From positions 24,508 to 88,507 of the forward strand of contig JABIHH010000046.1 of the NCBI GenBank assembly GCA_018649725.1: DNA of 64,000 nt. Direction: 5' to 3'. Numbering within the stretch: position 1 is the stretch's first letter; each line of letters starts with the position of its first letter. The notes under the pieces are model-generated. The model searched no databases, was not told where the DNA came from, and saw nothing but the letters and a program-made list of their open reading frames with translations. Source of the stretch: Rhodospirillaceae bacterium. GTDB lineage: Bacteria > Pseudomonadota > Alphaproteobacteria > Rhodospirillales > UBA2165. Made by a program: the position numbers and the translations under genes. Positions 27,583 through 38,527 of this stretch are shown here, piece by piece.

Positions 27583-28251
27583 TTAAAAATCCGGATCTGC
27601 GTAATGCTTAGGGGCCAGCAGACCTGGGATGGCGTCCGCCAAAATACCTTGAAAGCTGGGCCGCGATTTTATTCGGGCATACCAGTTCTTGGCCGATTTG
27701 TGATCGGCCCACGGCACATCGCCCAAATAGTCCACCGCTGAGATGTGGGCGGCAGCGGCAATATCAGCCAGCGTCATTTGCTCGCCCGCCAGCCAGAACC
27801 GGCGATCGGTTAAAAAAGTAATGTAGTCGAGATGAGTGTGGATATTAGCCTGCGCTGCTCTAATCTCTCGGCTATCGGGTTCGCCCAAGCCTAAGAATCG
27901 CTTCATAACTTTTTCATTCACCAGCTTGTCGGTCACTTCGAGATTGAACTTTTGATCAAACCAGGCAACCAGCCGCCGAACCTCAGCCCGGTCATAAGGT
28001 CGTTTGCCGATCAGATTGGGCTCGGGACTTTGTTCTTCGAGATATTCACAGATCGCCATGGAATCGGCGAGCACGGTATTATCTGGCTCAACCAAGACAG
28101 GCACTTCGCCGGTCGGGTTAAGGGCTAGAAATTCGCGCCGCCGCTCCCAGGTTTGCTCGACCTCCATATGAAAGTCGAGGTTTTTCTCTGCCAGGACAAG
28201 ACGTACCTTGCGCGAGAAAGGGGAGAGCCAAAGATGATAAAGTGTTCGCAT
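27583..28251 (-). CDS. Glutathione S-transferase
   Basis: The thioredoxin-like N-terminus reads LWLSPFSRKVRLVLAEKNL...GEVPVL, and a helical C-terminal domain follows. Confidence 0.85.
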   Translation of the reverse strand: MRTLYHLWLSPFSRKVRLVLAEKNLDFHMEVEQTWERRREFLALNPTGEVPVLVEPDNTVLADSMAICEYLEEQSPEPNLIGKRPYDRAEVRRLVAWFDQKFNLEVTDKLVNEKVMKRFLGLGEPDSREIRAAQANIHTHLDYITFLTDRRFWLAGEQMTLADIAAAAHISAVDYLGDVPWADHKSAKNWYARIKSRPSFQGILADAIPGLLAPKHYADPDF

Positions 28252-28428
28252 ATCTCTTTAGTATATTGCCAGTTGAACAAGGTAAACAGGGATAGTAGAA
28301 AAAGCCTCAAGAATATGCCGATAAAAGCGATGGGATTAAAAATATTCATTTAATGAATAATTAGCACTCCACCGGTTATTTCTTAGAACGAGTTTACCGA
28401 ACGACCAAAAATGTAGAGTTTCAAAGAC

Positions 28429-29259
28429 GTGCCTTTTACCCAAATTCTTATCCTCGCCGCCGTTCAGGGCATCACTGAGTTTTTGCCGATCTCTTCCTCG
28501 GGTCACCTGATCTTAGTGCCTAAATTAGGCGGGCTGGCTGATCAGGGCTTGTTGATGGATGTTGCCGTCCATGTTGGCACGCTGTTGGCTGTGATGCTGT
28601 ATTTCTGGCGCGATATGATCGGCATGACCGGCGCACTCATACGCACTTTCGGCCAGGTTGCCAATCGGCGGCGTTTCGATCCTGAATATTGGTTATTTTT
28701 GAAATTGGTACTGGCAACATTGCCGGTCATTGTTGCCGGCTTCTTGGTCAACAAATATATGGGCGCCGATCTCAGAACCCTGGAGGTCATTGGCTGGGCG
28801 ACCCTCGGCTTTGGTATTTTACTTTATATTTCAGATAAGATGAATATGACCGTCCGCCAAATGGAGCACATCTCATTTGGTGGGGCTTTCTTCATTGGCC
28901 TCATGCAGGTAATTGCCCTGGTGCCGGGCACCAGTCGGGCCGGTATCACCATGACGGCGGCCCGGTTCTTAGGCGTTGAGCGTCAAGACGCAGCCCGCTT
29001 TTCGCTGTTGCTGTCAATTCCAACGATTATTGGTGCCGGAGTGCTAAAAGGCTATGAGCTCTATAAATCGGGCGATCCGGTTCTACTCAACGACGCCGTG
29101 ACCGTTGCCGGGTTGGCGTTCCTCTTCGCTCTTATCGCTATTTCACTTTTGATGGTGTGGCTGCGCCGGGCAAGCTTTACGCCGTTTGTAATTTACCGTA
29201 TTTTGCTCGGCGGCGCGCTGGTTGGCATCGCGTATTATGCTCCTGACTTCACGTTTTAA
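28429..29259 (+). CDS. uppP: Undecaprenyl-diphosphate phosphatase
   Basis: The GITEFLPISSSGHL and PGTSRAGITM motifs are present. Confidence 0.95.
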   Translation: MPFTQILILAAVQGITEFLPISSSGHLILVPKLGGLADQGLLMDVAVHVGTLLAVMLYFWRDMIGMTGALIRTFGQVANRRRFDPEYWLFLKLVLATLPVIVAGFLVNKYMGADLRTLEVIGWATLGFGILLYISDKMNMTVRQMEHISFGGAFFIGLMQVIALVPGTSRAGITMTAARFLGVERQDAARFSLLLSIPTIIGAGVLKGYELYKSGDPVLLNDAVTVAGLAFLFALIAISLLMVWLRRASFTPFVIYRILLGGALVGIAYYAPDFTF

Positions 29260-29262
29260 GCC

Positions 29263-30888
29263 TCAACTAGAAACCACACCGCTGTCATCGGCTTCAATCT
29301 CGAAGGCAGCTTTCATCAAGGCTTGGGTGTAGGCTTCCTTCGGCGCATCAAAAATTTCATCTGATTTTCCGGCTTCGACAACGATGCCTTGGCGAATAAC
29401 GATGATGTCGTGAGCCAGGGCGCGCACGACTTTTAAATCGTGACTGATAAAGATATAGCTGAGCTTGTGGCTTAGCTGGAGGGCGCGCAAAAGGTCAACA
29501 ATTTGCGCCTGCACCGACATATCCAGGGCGGAGGTTGGCTCATCTAAGACCATCAGGCGAGGTTTAAGGACCAGCGCGCGGGCGATGCAGATGCGCTGAC
29601 GCTGACCACCGGAAAACTCATGCGGGTAGCGGTCCATGGTTTCGGGATCGAGCTCAACTTCTTCCAAGACATCGGCAACCAGCTTGCGGCGGTCTTCATA
29701 AGTCTCGCCGAGTTTGTGGACCAGCAGGCCTTCTTCGATGACTTGAAAAACCGACATGCGCGGGCTCATTGAGCCAAACGGGTCTTGGAAAACGATCTGC
29801 ATCTCACGCCTGAGCGGTCGCATCGCTTTCCAGCCATAATTTTGCACCTGATGGCCCATGAAATCGATCAAGCCTTTGCTCGATTCGAGACGCAGAAGAG
29901 CGCGGCCTAAAGTCGATTTCCCAGAGCCCGATTCGCCGACAATACCAATTGTCTGACCTTCGAAGAGGGTCATCGATATGCCATCGACCGCTTTGATGTG
30001 CCCGACAACGTGTTTGATGACGCCGCGTTTGATCGGGAACCAGACCCGGACATCTTCGGCTTTGAGCACTTCATGGGCGTATTCTTTGAGCGGCTCAGGC
30101 CGGCCTTTGGGGGCGGCGGAAAGCAGATGCTGGGTGTAGTCATGTGACGGCTTGGCGAACAATTCCTTGGTTTGATTGTGCTCGACCACCCGGCCTTCAT
30201 TCATCACATAGACAGTGTCCGCCATGCGATGCACGATGCCAAGATCATGGGTAATCATCAGCAGGCCCATATCAAGTTTTTGGGTAAGTTCTTTCAATAG
30301 CTTCAAGACTTGTGCCTGGATTGTTACATCCAGCGCGGTTGTAGGCTCATCGGCGATCAGCAGTTCGGGCTCATTGGCGAGCGCCATCGCAATCATAATA
30401 CGCTGTTGTTGGCCGCCGGAGAATTCATGCGGAAAACTGTGGAGGCGCGACTTGGCTTCCGGCATGCCGACCAAATCAAGCAGTTCCTCAACCCGGTCAT
30501 GGGCCGCCACCGGCGACATGTTTTTATGGAGATGCAGAACTTCGCTGATTTGTTTTTCGACATTGTGCAGCGGATTGAGCGAGGTCAGGGGCTCTTGGAA
30601 AATCATTGAAATGCGATTGCCGCGAATGGCGCGCATCTGGCTTTCATTCGCCTGCATGACTTCCTGGCCATCAAATTCAATGCTGCCACGCGGGTGCCAG
30701 GCCAATGGATAGGGCAGCAGTTTCATAACGCTGAGCGCCGTTACGGATTTGCCTGAGCCTGATTCTCCGACCAAGGCCACCGTTTCGCCGCGCTTCATTT
30801 CAAGCGAAACGTTTTGCACGGCCTTAACTTCTTTGTCGCCTTTGCCGAAACTGACCGAGAGGTCGCTAACTTTGAGAAGTGTGCTCAT
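29263..30888 (-). CDS. yejF: ABC transporter ATP-binding protein with two ATPase domains (YejF-like)
   Basis: There are two Walker A motifs (GESGSGKS x2) and two LSGGQ-type signatures (FSGGQQQR, FSGGQRQR). I chose the start at MSTLLKV, 5 nt after the yejE stop. Confidence 0.85.
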   Translation of the reverse strand: MSTLLKVSDLSVSFGKGDKEVKAVQNVSLEMKRGETVALVGESGSGKSVTALSVMKLLPYPLAWHPRGSIEFDGQEVMQANESQMRAIRGNRISMIFQEPLTSLNPLHNVEKQISEVLHLHKNMSPVAAHDRVEELLDLVGMPEAKSRLHSFPHEFSGGQQQRIMIAMALANEPELLIADEPTTALDVTIQAQVLKLLKELTQKLDMGLLMITHDLGIVHRMADTVYVMNEGRVVEHNQTKELFAKPSHDYTQHLLSAAPKGRPEPLKEYAHEVLKAEDVRVWFPIKRGVIKHVVGHIKAVDGISMTLFEGQTIGIVGESGSGKSTLGRALLRLESSKGLIDFMGHQVQNYGWKAMRPLRREMQIVFQDPFGSMSPRMSVFQVIEEGLLVHKLGETYEDRRKLVADVLEEVELDPETMDRYPHEFSGGQRQRICIARALVLKPRLMVLDEPTSALDMSVQAQIVDLLRALQLSHKLSYIFISHDLKVVRALAHDIIVIRQGIVVEAGKSDEIFDAPKEAYTQALMKAAFEIEADDSGVVSS

Positions 30889-30892
30889 TGCA

Positions 30893-31915
30893 TCAATTCC
30901 GATACGTCTTGCGCGGATCAAGCGCATCGCGCACCGCTTCACCGACAAAGATCAGCAAGCTCAACATCAGCGAGATGACGATAAAGGATGAGATGCCGAG
31001 CCACGGTGCCTGCAAATTGGCTTTACCCTGATTGAGCAACTCACCCAAGGAGGCCGAGCCCGGTGGCAGTCCGAGGCCTAAGAAATCAAGCGCGGTCAGG
31101 CTGGTGATGGCACCAGATAGAATGAACGGCAAGAAGGTGATGGTCGCGACCATGGCGTTTGGCAGGATGTGCTTGAACATCACCTTGCGATTGGAAACAC
31201 CTAAAGCGCGGGCCGCCATAACATAGGTGAAATTCCGACCGCGGAGAAACTCTGCCCGAACGACGCCGACCAAAGACATCCAGCTGAACAGCAGCAATAT
31301 GCCGAGTAACATCCAAAAGCTTGGCACAAACAGGCTCGCCAAAATAATCAAAAGCAACAAGGTGGGTAGCCCAGACCAAATCTCCATGAAGCGTTGGAAC
31401 AATAAATCCGTTATGCCGCCGAAATAGCCCTGCCACGCACCGGCAGCAACGCCGATGATTGAACTCAAAATGGTCAGGATCAGACCAAACAGCACGGAAA
31501 TTCGGAAACCATAGATCAACCTCGCGACAACATCGCGGCCCTGATCATCGGTGCCGAGCCAGTTTTGCGTTGTCGGCGGAGAGGGGGCTGGGCTCGGTAA
31601 ATTATAGACAATCGTGCCAAAGCTGTAGGGCACCGGCGGCCATACAATCCAGCCTTTTTCCTGAATGAGTTCTTGGACTTCGGGGTCTGAGTATTCCGCT
31701 TCGGTCTCAAAATCACCGCCAAATTTAGTTTCCGGGTAAGAAAACAGCACCGGCGCATAATAGCCGCCGTCATATTTGATCAGCAGCGGCTTGTCATTGG
31801 CGATGAGCTCGGCAAAAAGCGTCACGACGAACAAAATCATAAATAGCCAAAAGGAAATATAACCACGTCGATTGGCTTTGAAGTTGGTCAGGCGGCGCTG
31901 ATTTATCGGGTTCAT
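30893..31915 (-). CDS. yejE: Oligopeptide/microcin-type ABC permease
   Basis: The 340-aa polytopic product has a BPD-transport-type EAA loop (AARALGVSNRKVMFKHILPN). Confidence 0.8.
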   Translation of the reverse strand: MNPINQRRLTNFKANRRGYISFWLFMILFVVTLFAELIANDKPLLIKYDGGYYAPVLFSYPETKFGGDFETEAEYSDPEVQELIQEKGWIVWPPVPYSFGTIVYNLPSPAPSPPTTQNWLGTDDQGRDVVARLIYGFRISVLFGLILTILSSIIGVAAGAWQGYFGGITDLLFQRFMEIWSGLPTLLLLIILASLFVPSFWMLLGILLLFSWMSLVGVVRAEFLRGRNFTYVMAARALGVSNRKVMFKHILPNAMVATITFLPFILSGAITSLTALDFLGLGLPPGSASLGELLNQGKANLQAPWLGISSFIVISLMLSLLIFVGEAVRDALDPRKTYRN

Positions 31916-31921
31916 GGGTGC

Positions 31922-33031
31922 CTAGACCTCATTCGCTTCAAAATCGATACGCGGATCTACGACATGATAGGCAACGTCGCCGATCAGTCCCATGATGAGG
32001 CCGAGGATCGTAAAGACATAAAGCGTGCCAAACATGACCGGGTAGTCACGATTGAGCACGGCTTCAAAGGCCAGTAGACCCAGTCCATCAAGTGAGAATA
32101 TAATCTCGATCAACATTGCGCCGGTGAACAGGATGCCGATAAAGGCGCTGGGGAAGCCGGCGATCACGATCAGCATGGCGTTTCTGAAAATATGGCCATA
32201 GAGAATGCGCTTTTCCTCCAGACCCTTGGAGCGCGCGGTGACGACATATTGTTTATTAATTTCTTCAATGAAGGAATTTTTAGTCAGCATGGTGAGACTG
32301 GCAAAGCCACCGATCACCAAGGCTGTTATTGGCAAAACCATGTGGTGAAAATAATCGACGATCTTACCAAATATCGACAGCTCATCCCAATTGGGCGAGG
32401 TCAGTCCTCGAAGTGGGAAGATATCCAGGAAACTGCCGCCGGCAAACATCACAACCAAAAGAATCGCGAACAAAAAGCCAGGGATCGCATTGCCAATGAT
32501 GACGACCACGCTGGTCCACATATCGAAGCTATCGCCATCGCGTACTGATTTGGCAATGCCGAGCGGGATCGAGATGAGATAGACCAGCAAAGTTGTCCAC
32601 AGCCCGAGCGAGATTGAGACCGGCATTTTATCGACCACCAGATCGACGACTTTGCGGTCACGGAAAAAGCTATTGCCAAAATCAAACACGGCATAGTTTT
32701 TGATCATCTCGACAAAGCGAATATGGGCGGGTTTGTCAAAGCCATAGAGCTTCTCAATCTCTTTGATAAGTTCAGGGTCAAGGCCCCGGGCGCCGCGATA
32801 TTTACTCACATTGCCGCCGCCAATGGATGGTGATTGGGTGCCAGGAGTGGAATCCGATTGGCCGGAGCCTGAAACTCTGGCAGTTGCCTCGACCGCTGTG
32901 CCTTGGATTTGAGAGATTGCCTGTTCAACCGGGCCGCCCGGTGCGAACTGCACGACGACAAAATTGATCACCATAATGCCAAACAGCGTTGGGATGATCA
33001 GCAGCAGACGACGGATGATATAAGCTAGCAT
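31922..33031 (-). CDS. yejB: Oligopeptide/microcin-type ABC permease
   Basis: The N-terminus [19 protein letters not shown] is typical of DppB/YejB. The EAA loop is [21 protein letters not shown]. Confidence 0.8.
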   Translation of the reverse strand: MLAYIIRRLLLIIPTLFGIMVINFVVVQFAPGGPVEQAISQIQGTAVEATARVSGSGQSDSTPGTQSPSIGGGNVSKYRGARGLDPELIKEIEKLYGFDKPAHIRFVEMIKNYAVFDFGNSFFRDRKVVDLVVDKMPVSISLGLWTTLLVYLISIPLGIAKSVRDGDSFDMWTSVVVIIGNAIPGFLFAILLVVMFAGGSFLDIFPLRGLTSPNWDELSIFGKIVDYFHHMVLPITALVIGGFASLTMLTKNSFIEEINKQYVVTARSKGLEEKRILYGHIFRNAMLIVIAGFPSAFIGILFTGAMLIEIIFSLDGLGLLAFEAVLNRDYPVMFGTLYVFTILGLIMGLIGDVAYHVVDPRIDFEANEV

Positions 33032-33090
33032 GGCTTATTTATCTCGCGAGAGAGGGCAGGGCGTCAACTTAAATAGCTGTAATGTTAGCG

Positions 33091-34932
33091 TTATTTTTTT
33101 GTGCTGGTGAGCTTGGAGGCAAGCGCTTTGGCTTTGCCGGTATCGACCCACCAGGAGTCAAAACCGAGACCATATTTTGGCGTTTTAGCCGGTCTGCCGA
33201 ACTTATCCCAAAAAGCTACCCGGAAAGACTGAATATGCCATTGCGGAATGATGAAATGGTTCCACAATAAAACCCGATCGAGGGCGCGGGTGCGGGTGAT
33301 CAAAGCCTCGCGGTCAGGGGCCTGGATTACCAGATCAATCAGCTTGTCGATCACCGGATCCTTGATGCCGATCCAATTTCGCCCGCCCGTGCGATCAGCC
33401 GCCGCACTGCCCCAAAAACTCATTTGTTCGTTGCCGGGCGACAGCGATTGGCCGAAGGAGCCGACGATCATGTCAAAATCATAAGTATCCAGGCGTTTGC
33501 GGTATTGCGCGGTATCGACGGTGCGCACACTGGCGATGATGCCGAGGCGTTTGAGATTGCGCACGAAGGGCAGCACAATGCGCTCAAACGCCGGCGAGAT
33601 AAGCAAGACTTCAAATTTCAGTTGCTTGCCGGTTTTAGCGTTTACCAGCAGCTTGTTTTTTATCTGCCAGCCCGTCTGCTGCAACAGCTTTTTGGCTTGG
33701 CGCAGGTTTTTACGAATGCGCCCCGTGCCATCGGTGCCGGGCGGCAGGTAAGTTTGAGTGAATACTTCGGGCGGAATTTTACCCTTGAACGGGCTTAATA
33801 TCTTGAGCTCTTCGGCTGAGGGCAAGCCCCGCGATGCCAGCTCTGAATTGGAGAAGAAACTCGTGGTGCGGGAATATTGTCCATAAAACAAATTCTTATT
33901 GGTCCATTCAAAATCAAACGCATAGGCCAGGGCTTTGCGGAGAACAGGATTTTTGAAAAAATCTTTTCGCGTATTAAAAACAAAGCCCTGCATACCGGTT
34001 GGGTTTTCATGCCGGACGGTTTGTTTTTTATAGAGGCCTTTTTTGAAAGCCGGCGAGTCGTAGCCGGTCGCCCAAATCTTTGAGGTATTTTCCTGGCGGA
34101 AATCATATTCGCCGGACTTAAAAGCTTCGAGGGCGACGGTCGAATCGCGGTAATAGTCAAAGCGAATTTCATCGAAATTATGCTGGCCAATCTCGACCGG
34201 CAATTTGGCGCCCCAGTAGTTTTTGTCGCGCTCCAACGTGATCGAGCGCCCCGCCTCAAACGATTTTACTTTGTAGGGCCCGCTGCCAATGGGTTTGTCC
34301 AATGTCGTCTTAGAAAAATCTTTGCCCGCCCAGGCATGCTTGGGCAGGATTGGCAATTGACCGACAATCAGTGGCAGCTCGCGGTTTTTGCCCCCACCAA
34401 AGGTAAATTTCACCCGCCGTTCGCCCGCTTTCTCGGCTTTGGTGACGCCGCGATAATAAAACCGATAGAACGGCTGGCCCTTGGTTTTGAGCGCATTGAG
34501 ACTGAAGATGACATCTTCAACAGTCACCGGTTTGCCGTCCTGCCAGCGCGCTTCTTTTCTAAGCGTAAATGCAACCCAGGAGCGGTCTTTCGGCATCTCA
34601 ACACTTTCGGCGAGCTTGCCATATTCCGTAAAAGCCTCGTCTTGCGAACCAACCATTAGGGTTTCATACACAAAATCACCGATCCCGGCAGCCGGTATTC
34701 CTTTGATGGTATAAGGATTAAAGGTATCGAACGTGCCAATGGCGCTCAACCGCACCGCCCCGCCCTTGGCTGCAGTTGGGTTCACATAATCAAAATGCTT
34801 AAAATCCGGGCCATATTTCGGGCTGCCATGCATCGCAATGCCATGCACTGGCTTCGGCATTTCTTGAGCGGCAAGTTGACACGGGAGTGCGAGGGCAATT
34901 AACCCGATCATTACCTTATATGTTGGACCCAT
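33091..34932 (-). CDS. yejA: Periplasmic solute-binding protein, family 5 (YejA-like)
   Basis: The 613-aa product has a signal peptide. It is the first gene of the yejABEF-type operon. Confidence 0.8.
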   Translation of the reverse strand: MGPTYKVMIGLIALALPCQLAAQEMPKPVHGIAMHGSPKYGPDFKHFDYVNPTAAKGGAVRLSAIGTFDTFNPYTIKGIPAAGIGDFVYETLMVGSQDEAFTEYGKLAESVEMPKDRSWVAFTLRKEARWQDGKPVTVEDVIFSLNALKTKGQPFYRFYYRGVTKAEKAGERRVKFTFGGGKNRELPLIVGQLPILPKHAWAGKDFSKTTLDKPIGSGPYKVKSFEAGRSITLERDKNYWGAKLPVEIGQHNFDEIRFDYYRDSTVALEAFKSGEYDFRQENTSKIWATGYDSPAFKKGLYKKQTVRHENPTGMQGFVFNTRKDFFKNPVLRKALAYAFDFEWTNKNLFYGQYSRTTSFFSNSELASRGLPSAEELKILSPFKGKIPPEVFTQTYLPPGTDGTGRIRKNLRQAKKLLQQTGWQIKNKLLVNAKTGKQLKFEVLLISPAFERIVLPFVRNLKRLGIIASVRTVDTAQYRKRLDTYDFDMIVGSFGQSLSPGNEQMSFWGSAAADRTGGRNWIGIKDPVIDKLIDLVIQAPDREALITRTRALDRVLLWNHFIIPQWHIQSFRVAFWDKFGRPAKTPKYGLGFDSWWVDTGKAKALASKLTSTKK

Positions 34933-35036
34933 TTCAGCTCTCCCGATTTAAGTTTCTTCTTAAAACTCATTGTGGGCGAGAATGTGGCAGGATCAAGTAT
35001 ATTTATCGTGAAGTTAAAAAAGTGCCTAATGCGCTT

Positions 35037-35258
35037 TTAAGATGGTCCCCAGCCGAGAACCAGTTCGCCAGCTTTGTCAGGTGTGATGGTAATGGCGTCT
35101 TCTTGGCAGTAGAGCGAGCAGAGGTAGCAAATCTGACAGTCATCGGGATAGGCAATAAGCGCGGTGTTGGTTTTTTCATCCATCCGCAGGACATCGGTCG
35201 GGCAGACCAGCACGCACATCTGACAGCCATTGCAGTTTTCAATTTTTGCGATTGCCAT
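35037..35258 (-). CDS. 2[4Fe-4S] ferredoxin (73 aa)
   Basis: There are two Cys clusters, CNGCQMCVLVCP and CQICYLCSLYCQ. Confidence 0.85.
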   Translation of the reverse strand: MAIAKIENCNGCQMCVLVCPTDVLRMDEKTNTALIAYPDDCQICYLCSLYCQEDAITITPDKAGELVLGWGPS

Positions 35259-35268
35259 GGTGCTCTCC

Positions 35269-36876
35269 TTAAGCTGCTTTTTGCCCGGCGCGGAATTCCA
35301 GCTCGCCTGGGAAGCGCGCGGGGTAGCGCTCCTCGTAAGGCACTGAGGTGTCCGGGCGCCAGCTTTCTGGAATGGGATGCTTGAGGAGTTCCATGCCGTC
35401 TTCCGATGATTTGATTTTTATCCAAGCCAGCCACTCCTTATCATCGCGGGCCGGGAAATCTTCACGGTAGTGTGAGCCTCGGCTTTCGGTGCGATAAAGC
35501 GATGCGCGTAATTTCATCTCGGCATTGAGCACCATATTTTCAGTCTCATGAACCAGCCGCAATTCGTGGGGATCGCGGGCAATCATTTTCGGCACCAGAT
35601 GATCGCGCATAAATTCGACATTGGTCAGCGCCGCTTCCATACGGCTTTGTTCTTTCACATAGAGAACATAATAAGGGATCATCGCATTTTGTAGAATTTG
35701 TGTGACCCAGGCAGCCGTAATGGCGCTTTCCCGCTCCATAGGCTCGAACATGGAATTGTTGAGAGCAGCTGTATCCAGTTGAGAAATTTTGACCAAATCG
35801 GCTTTCTGGGCATAGTCTGCTGCTTCTTCGCCAGCTTTTGCGCCTTGTACGGAAGAGCCACTAAACGAGAAGCCGATCCCAGCATACAGAGTGCCGCACA
35901 GCATTGAGCCCAAACCATCGCCCGCAGCAAAGAGGCCCGGAATGTTAGAGGCGCACGTATTGTTTTGCGGGAAGATGCCCTCAGCTTTGTGAACAGCGAG
36001 GCCCGCCGAAGAGCCGCCGACCATTTGATGTTTAGGTAAATTTTCCGGCGGCGGCACCTGTGATCCGTCCGGCAGTGCGCCGAAAGCATAAGGCGGGGGA
36101 CCGGCCAGTGGCGGCAGCCCGCCCATATGAACTTCGATTTCTTTATCGAGATTCAACGCCCGGGCGCCATGTTTAGGTTGCCCCGTCATAAAAATACCAT
36201 GCGGGTTTAAATTCCACTGGGTGCGCCCAGCGGCGGGTTTATTGGCCGGCGTGCCATGGGCATCAATCCATTCTTTGCCGGTAATTTCAGCGCCCACCCG
36301 ATAGGCCATCGCGTCGCCGTCATGGGTCAGCGAGCGGATCGGAAAACCTGTTGGCTTAAAGCCGCCAGCGCCGGCGCACATAATGGTTGCCTTGGCTGTG
36401 ATGGTAACCGGCTGGCCATCCTGGAGCGCAAAGCCCGCCGCGCCGATAACACGCTCTTCTTTTTTGAGCAGCGTCGTCATCATGACACGCTCGATGACGT
36501 TTACTTTGTTGCGGATGACGTGTTTCCTGAGCACGAGACCAAACTTCACTTCGCCCAAGACGCCCCAATCCTGAAGGTCCTGAAAACGTGCCTTGGATTG
36601 ATCCATTAGTAGATCGAGAAAAGCGCGGTTATTGAGATATTCGCCGTTAAAGGCAACGGTATCGATCCAGTCCTGGCGCTTGTGGCCGCGTTCTTCGTCA
36701 AACACCACAAAAGTATCGGCAAACGGTGTTGCGCCCGAATTACCGGGCGAGCCTTTATCGACCAAGGTAACCTCAAGGCCCTTCTGCTGCGCCGTTATGG
36801 CGGCAAAAATGCCTGCGATGCCACCGCCAATCACCAGGACATCGGTTTCAATCTCACTCGGTACAGCTTTTGTCAT
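35269..36876 (-). CDS. FAD-binding oxidoreductase of the succinate dehydrogenase / fumarate reductase / AprA flavoprotein superfamily
   Basis: The dinucleotide fold is DVLVIGGGIAGIFAA. The C-terminal ESRGSHYREDFP motif is typical of the family. A ferredoxin gene lies 10 nt downstream. Confidence 0.75.
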   Translation of the reverse strand: MTKAVPSEIETDVLVIGGGIAGIFAAITAQQKGLEVTLVDKGSPGNSGATPFADTFVVFDEERGHKRQDWIDTVAFNGEYLNNRAFLDLLMDQSKARFQDLQDWGVLGEVKFGLVLRKHVIRNKVNVIERVMMTTLLKKEERVIGAAGFALQDGQPVTITAKATIMCAGAGGFKPTGFPIRSLTHDGDAMAYRVGAEITGKEWIDAHGTPANKPAAGRTQWNLNPHGIFMTGQPKHGARALNLDKEIEVHMGGLPPLAGPPPYAFGALPDGSQVPPPENLPKHQMVGGSSAGLAVHKAEGIFPQNNTCASNIPGLFAAGDGLGSMLCGTLYAGIGFSFSGSSVQGAKAGEEAADYAQKADLVKISQLDTAALNNSMFEPMERESAITAAWVTQILQNAMIPYYVLYVKEQSRMEAALTNVEFMRDHLVPKMIARDPHELRLVHETENMVLNAEMKLRASLYRTESRGSHYREDFPARDDKEWLAWIKIKSSEDGMELLKHPIPESWRPDTSVPYEERYPARFPGELEFRAGQKAA

Positions 36877-36987
36877 CTCACGTGCCCCACTTTGAAATTC
36901 TATTCAGACACTAAATTTCCAGGCGCCGAACGCCTTGATAGATATCAATTAAGTGATGCTTTAGGGGATGGGGCGATGCTAAAAATA

Positions 36988-37776
36988 TTAGCCGGCAAGA
37001 AGGTTAATTGCCGATTCATGGAGCTTGGCATCGCCGCTGGCGAGGACGCGGCCATCGGAAGTCATGGTCAGCGGAGCGCCTCTCCAATCCGACATTATGC
37101 CGCCGGCGCCTTCGACAATCGGCACCAGAGCACAATAGTCGTAGGGCTTCATTGTGGCTTCGCAGACAATATCGGTAAAGCCCGAGGCCAACAGTCCATA
37201 GGCGTAACAATCGCAGCCGAAGAGGGGGAATTTTACGTGCTCGGCCAGACGATTGAACGCGACCTCATCCGCACCTCGAAACATGTCGGGCGAAGTTGCA
37301 TAGAGCCAGGCATCTTTGATGTCGGCGCAGTCACGGGTCGAGATTGCCTCACCATTATAAGTCGTCGCATGACCGGCTGCGCCGACCCAGCGTTCTTTTA
37401 GGATCGGCTGATCAATCACGCCTAAGATGGACGAGCCGTTTTGACAGAGCGCGATGAGCGTGCCGAAAAGCGGCTTGCCAGTCACAAACGCCTTGGTGCC
37501 ATCAATGGGGTCCAGCACCCAGACATATTCAGCGTCAAGATTATGTCCGCCATACTCTTCGCCGAGAATACCGTGATCGGGACATTCCGCCTCAAGCACA
37601 GCCCAGATCGCCGCTTCGGCTTCACGGTCGGCAGCCGTGACCGGGCTGGCATCACTTTTGTCGGCGATCGCAATACCAGAGCGAAAATAACGCGCCACAA
37701 TCGGGCCGGCGATATCTGCCAGTCGATTTGCGATTTTGATATAGGAAGCGGGAACTGTCATTTCATTATGCCCCAT
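36988..37776 (-). CDS. Inositol monophosphatase family protein (probable histidinol-phosphatase HisN type)
   Basis: The WVLDPIDGTKAF and ILGEE motifs are present. Assignment to HisN is an inference from its size and the alphaproteobacterial context. Confidence 0.7.
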   Translation of the reverse strand: MGHNEMTVPASYIKIANRLADIAGPIVARYFRSGIAIADKSDASPVTAADREAEAAIWAVLEAECPDHGILGEEYGGHNLDAEYVWVLDPIDGTKAFVTGKPLFGTLIALCQNGSSILGVIDQPILKERWVGAAGHATTYNGEAISTRDCADIKDAWLYATSPDMFRGADEVAFNRLAEHVKFPLFGCDCYAYGLLASGFTDIVCEATMKPYDYCALVPIVEGAGGIMSDWRGAPLTMTSDGRVLASGDAKLHESAINLLAG

Positions 37777-37781
37777 TAAAC

Positions 37782-38324
37782 CTATTTCGGTAGCGCCATC
37801 GGCGCATCGGCGAAGCTGCGGAGATAGAGGATTAGCGCGGCCCGATCGCCCGCTTTCTTGAGGCCGTTATAGGTCATCTTGGTGCCCGGCATAAAGGTTT
37901 TGGGTTTGGTCAGGAATTTATCCATATCGGCAAAGCTCCACGTGCCACCCATTTTTTTGATCGCGCCGGAATAATTAAATCCCGCAGCCTTGGCGCGTTC
38001 CGCACCCAATATGTTAAACAGGTTCGGGCCAACTTTATTTTTGCCGCCCTTGTCGAAACTGTGACACGCGATGCATTTTTTTGCTACTTTCTTACCTTTA
38101 TCAACATTTGCTGAGGCTAGCAAAACGGGTAATGGCTGAGCGGGTTCCGCTTTTTTGGCAGTCTTTTTGGCCGCTGGTGCTTTTGGCGCAGTTGAATTGG
38201 CCTTGGCTTCATGGGTCGGCTCAAAAGGTGGAATAAGCAGATTGCCGATAATATGACTGCCGAACAGCAACCAGCTGGCGGCGAGTAGGCCCGCTAAAAT
38301 GTTATTTGTATTGGTACTCCACAT
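37782..38324 (-). CDS. Membrane-anchored c-type cytochrome
   Basis: There is an N-terminal TM helix, an Ala/Lys/Pro-rich linker, the haem motif CIACHSF and a distal Met in PGTKMTY. Confidence 0.85.
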   Translation of the reverse strand: MWSTNTNNILAGLLAASWLLFGSHIIGNLLIPPFEPTHEAKANSTAPKAPAAKKTAKKAEPAQPLPVLLASANVDKGKKVAKKCIACHSFDKGGKNKVGPNLFNILGAERAKAAGFNYSGAIKKMGGTWSFADMDKFLTKPKTFMPGTKMTYNGLKKAGDRAALILYLRSFADAPMALPK

Positions 38325-38527
38325 GGCCTGATCCTTTATTTAATGCCGTTTGTCTCTGCTCTACACATAATATAGGGATTAAATTCCTATATTAAAATAC
38401 TGCAAAAATAACGATGTAACGAATTAATTACCGAAAATTGCGAACTGGGTATAGATGAACCTGAATAAAATGTATATAGAAAGCCGCGGTGGGGAACAAA
38501 AATAATATTATTTGAGAGATAAAGAGC

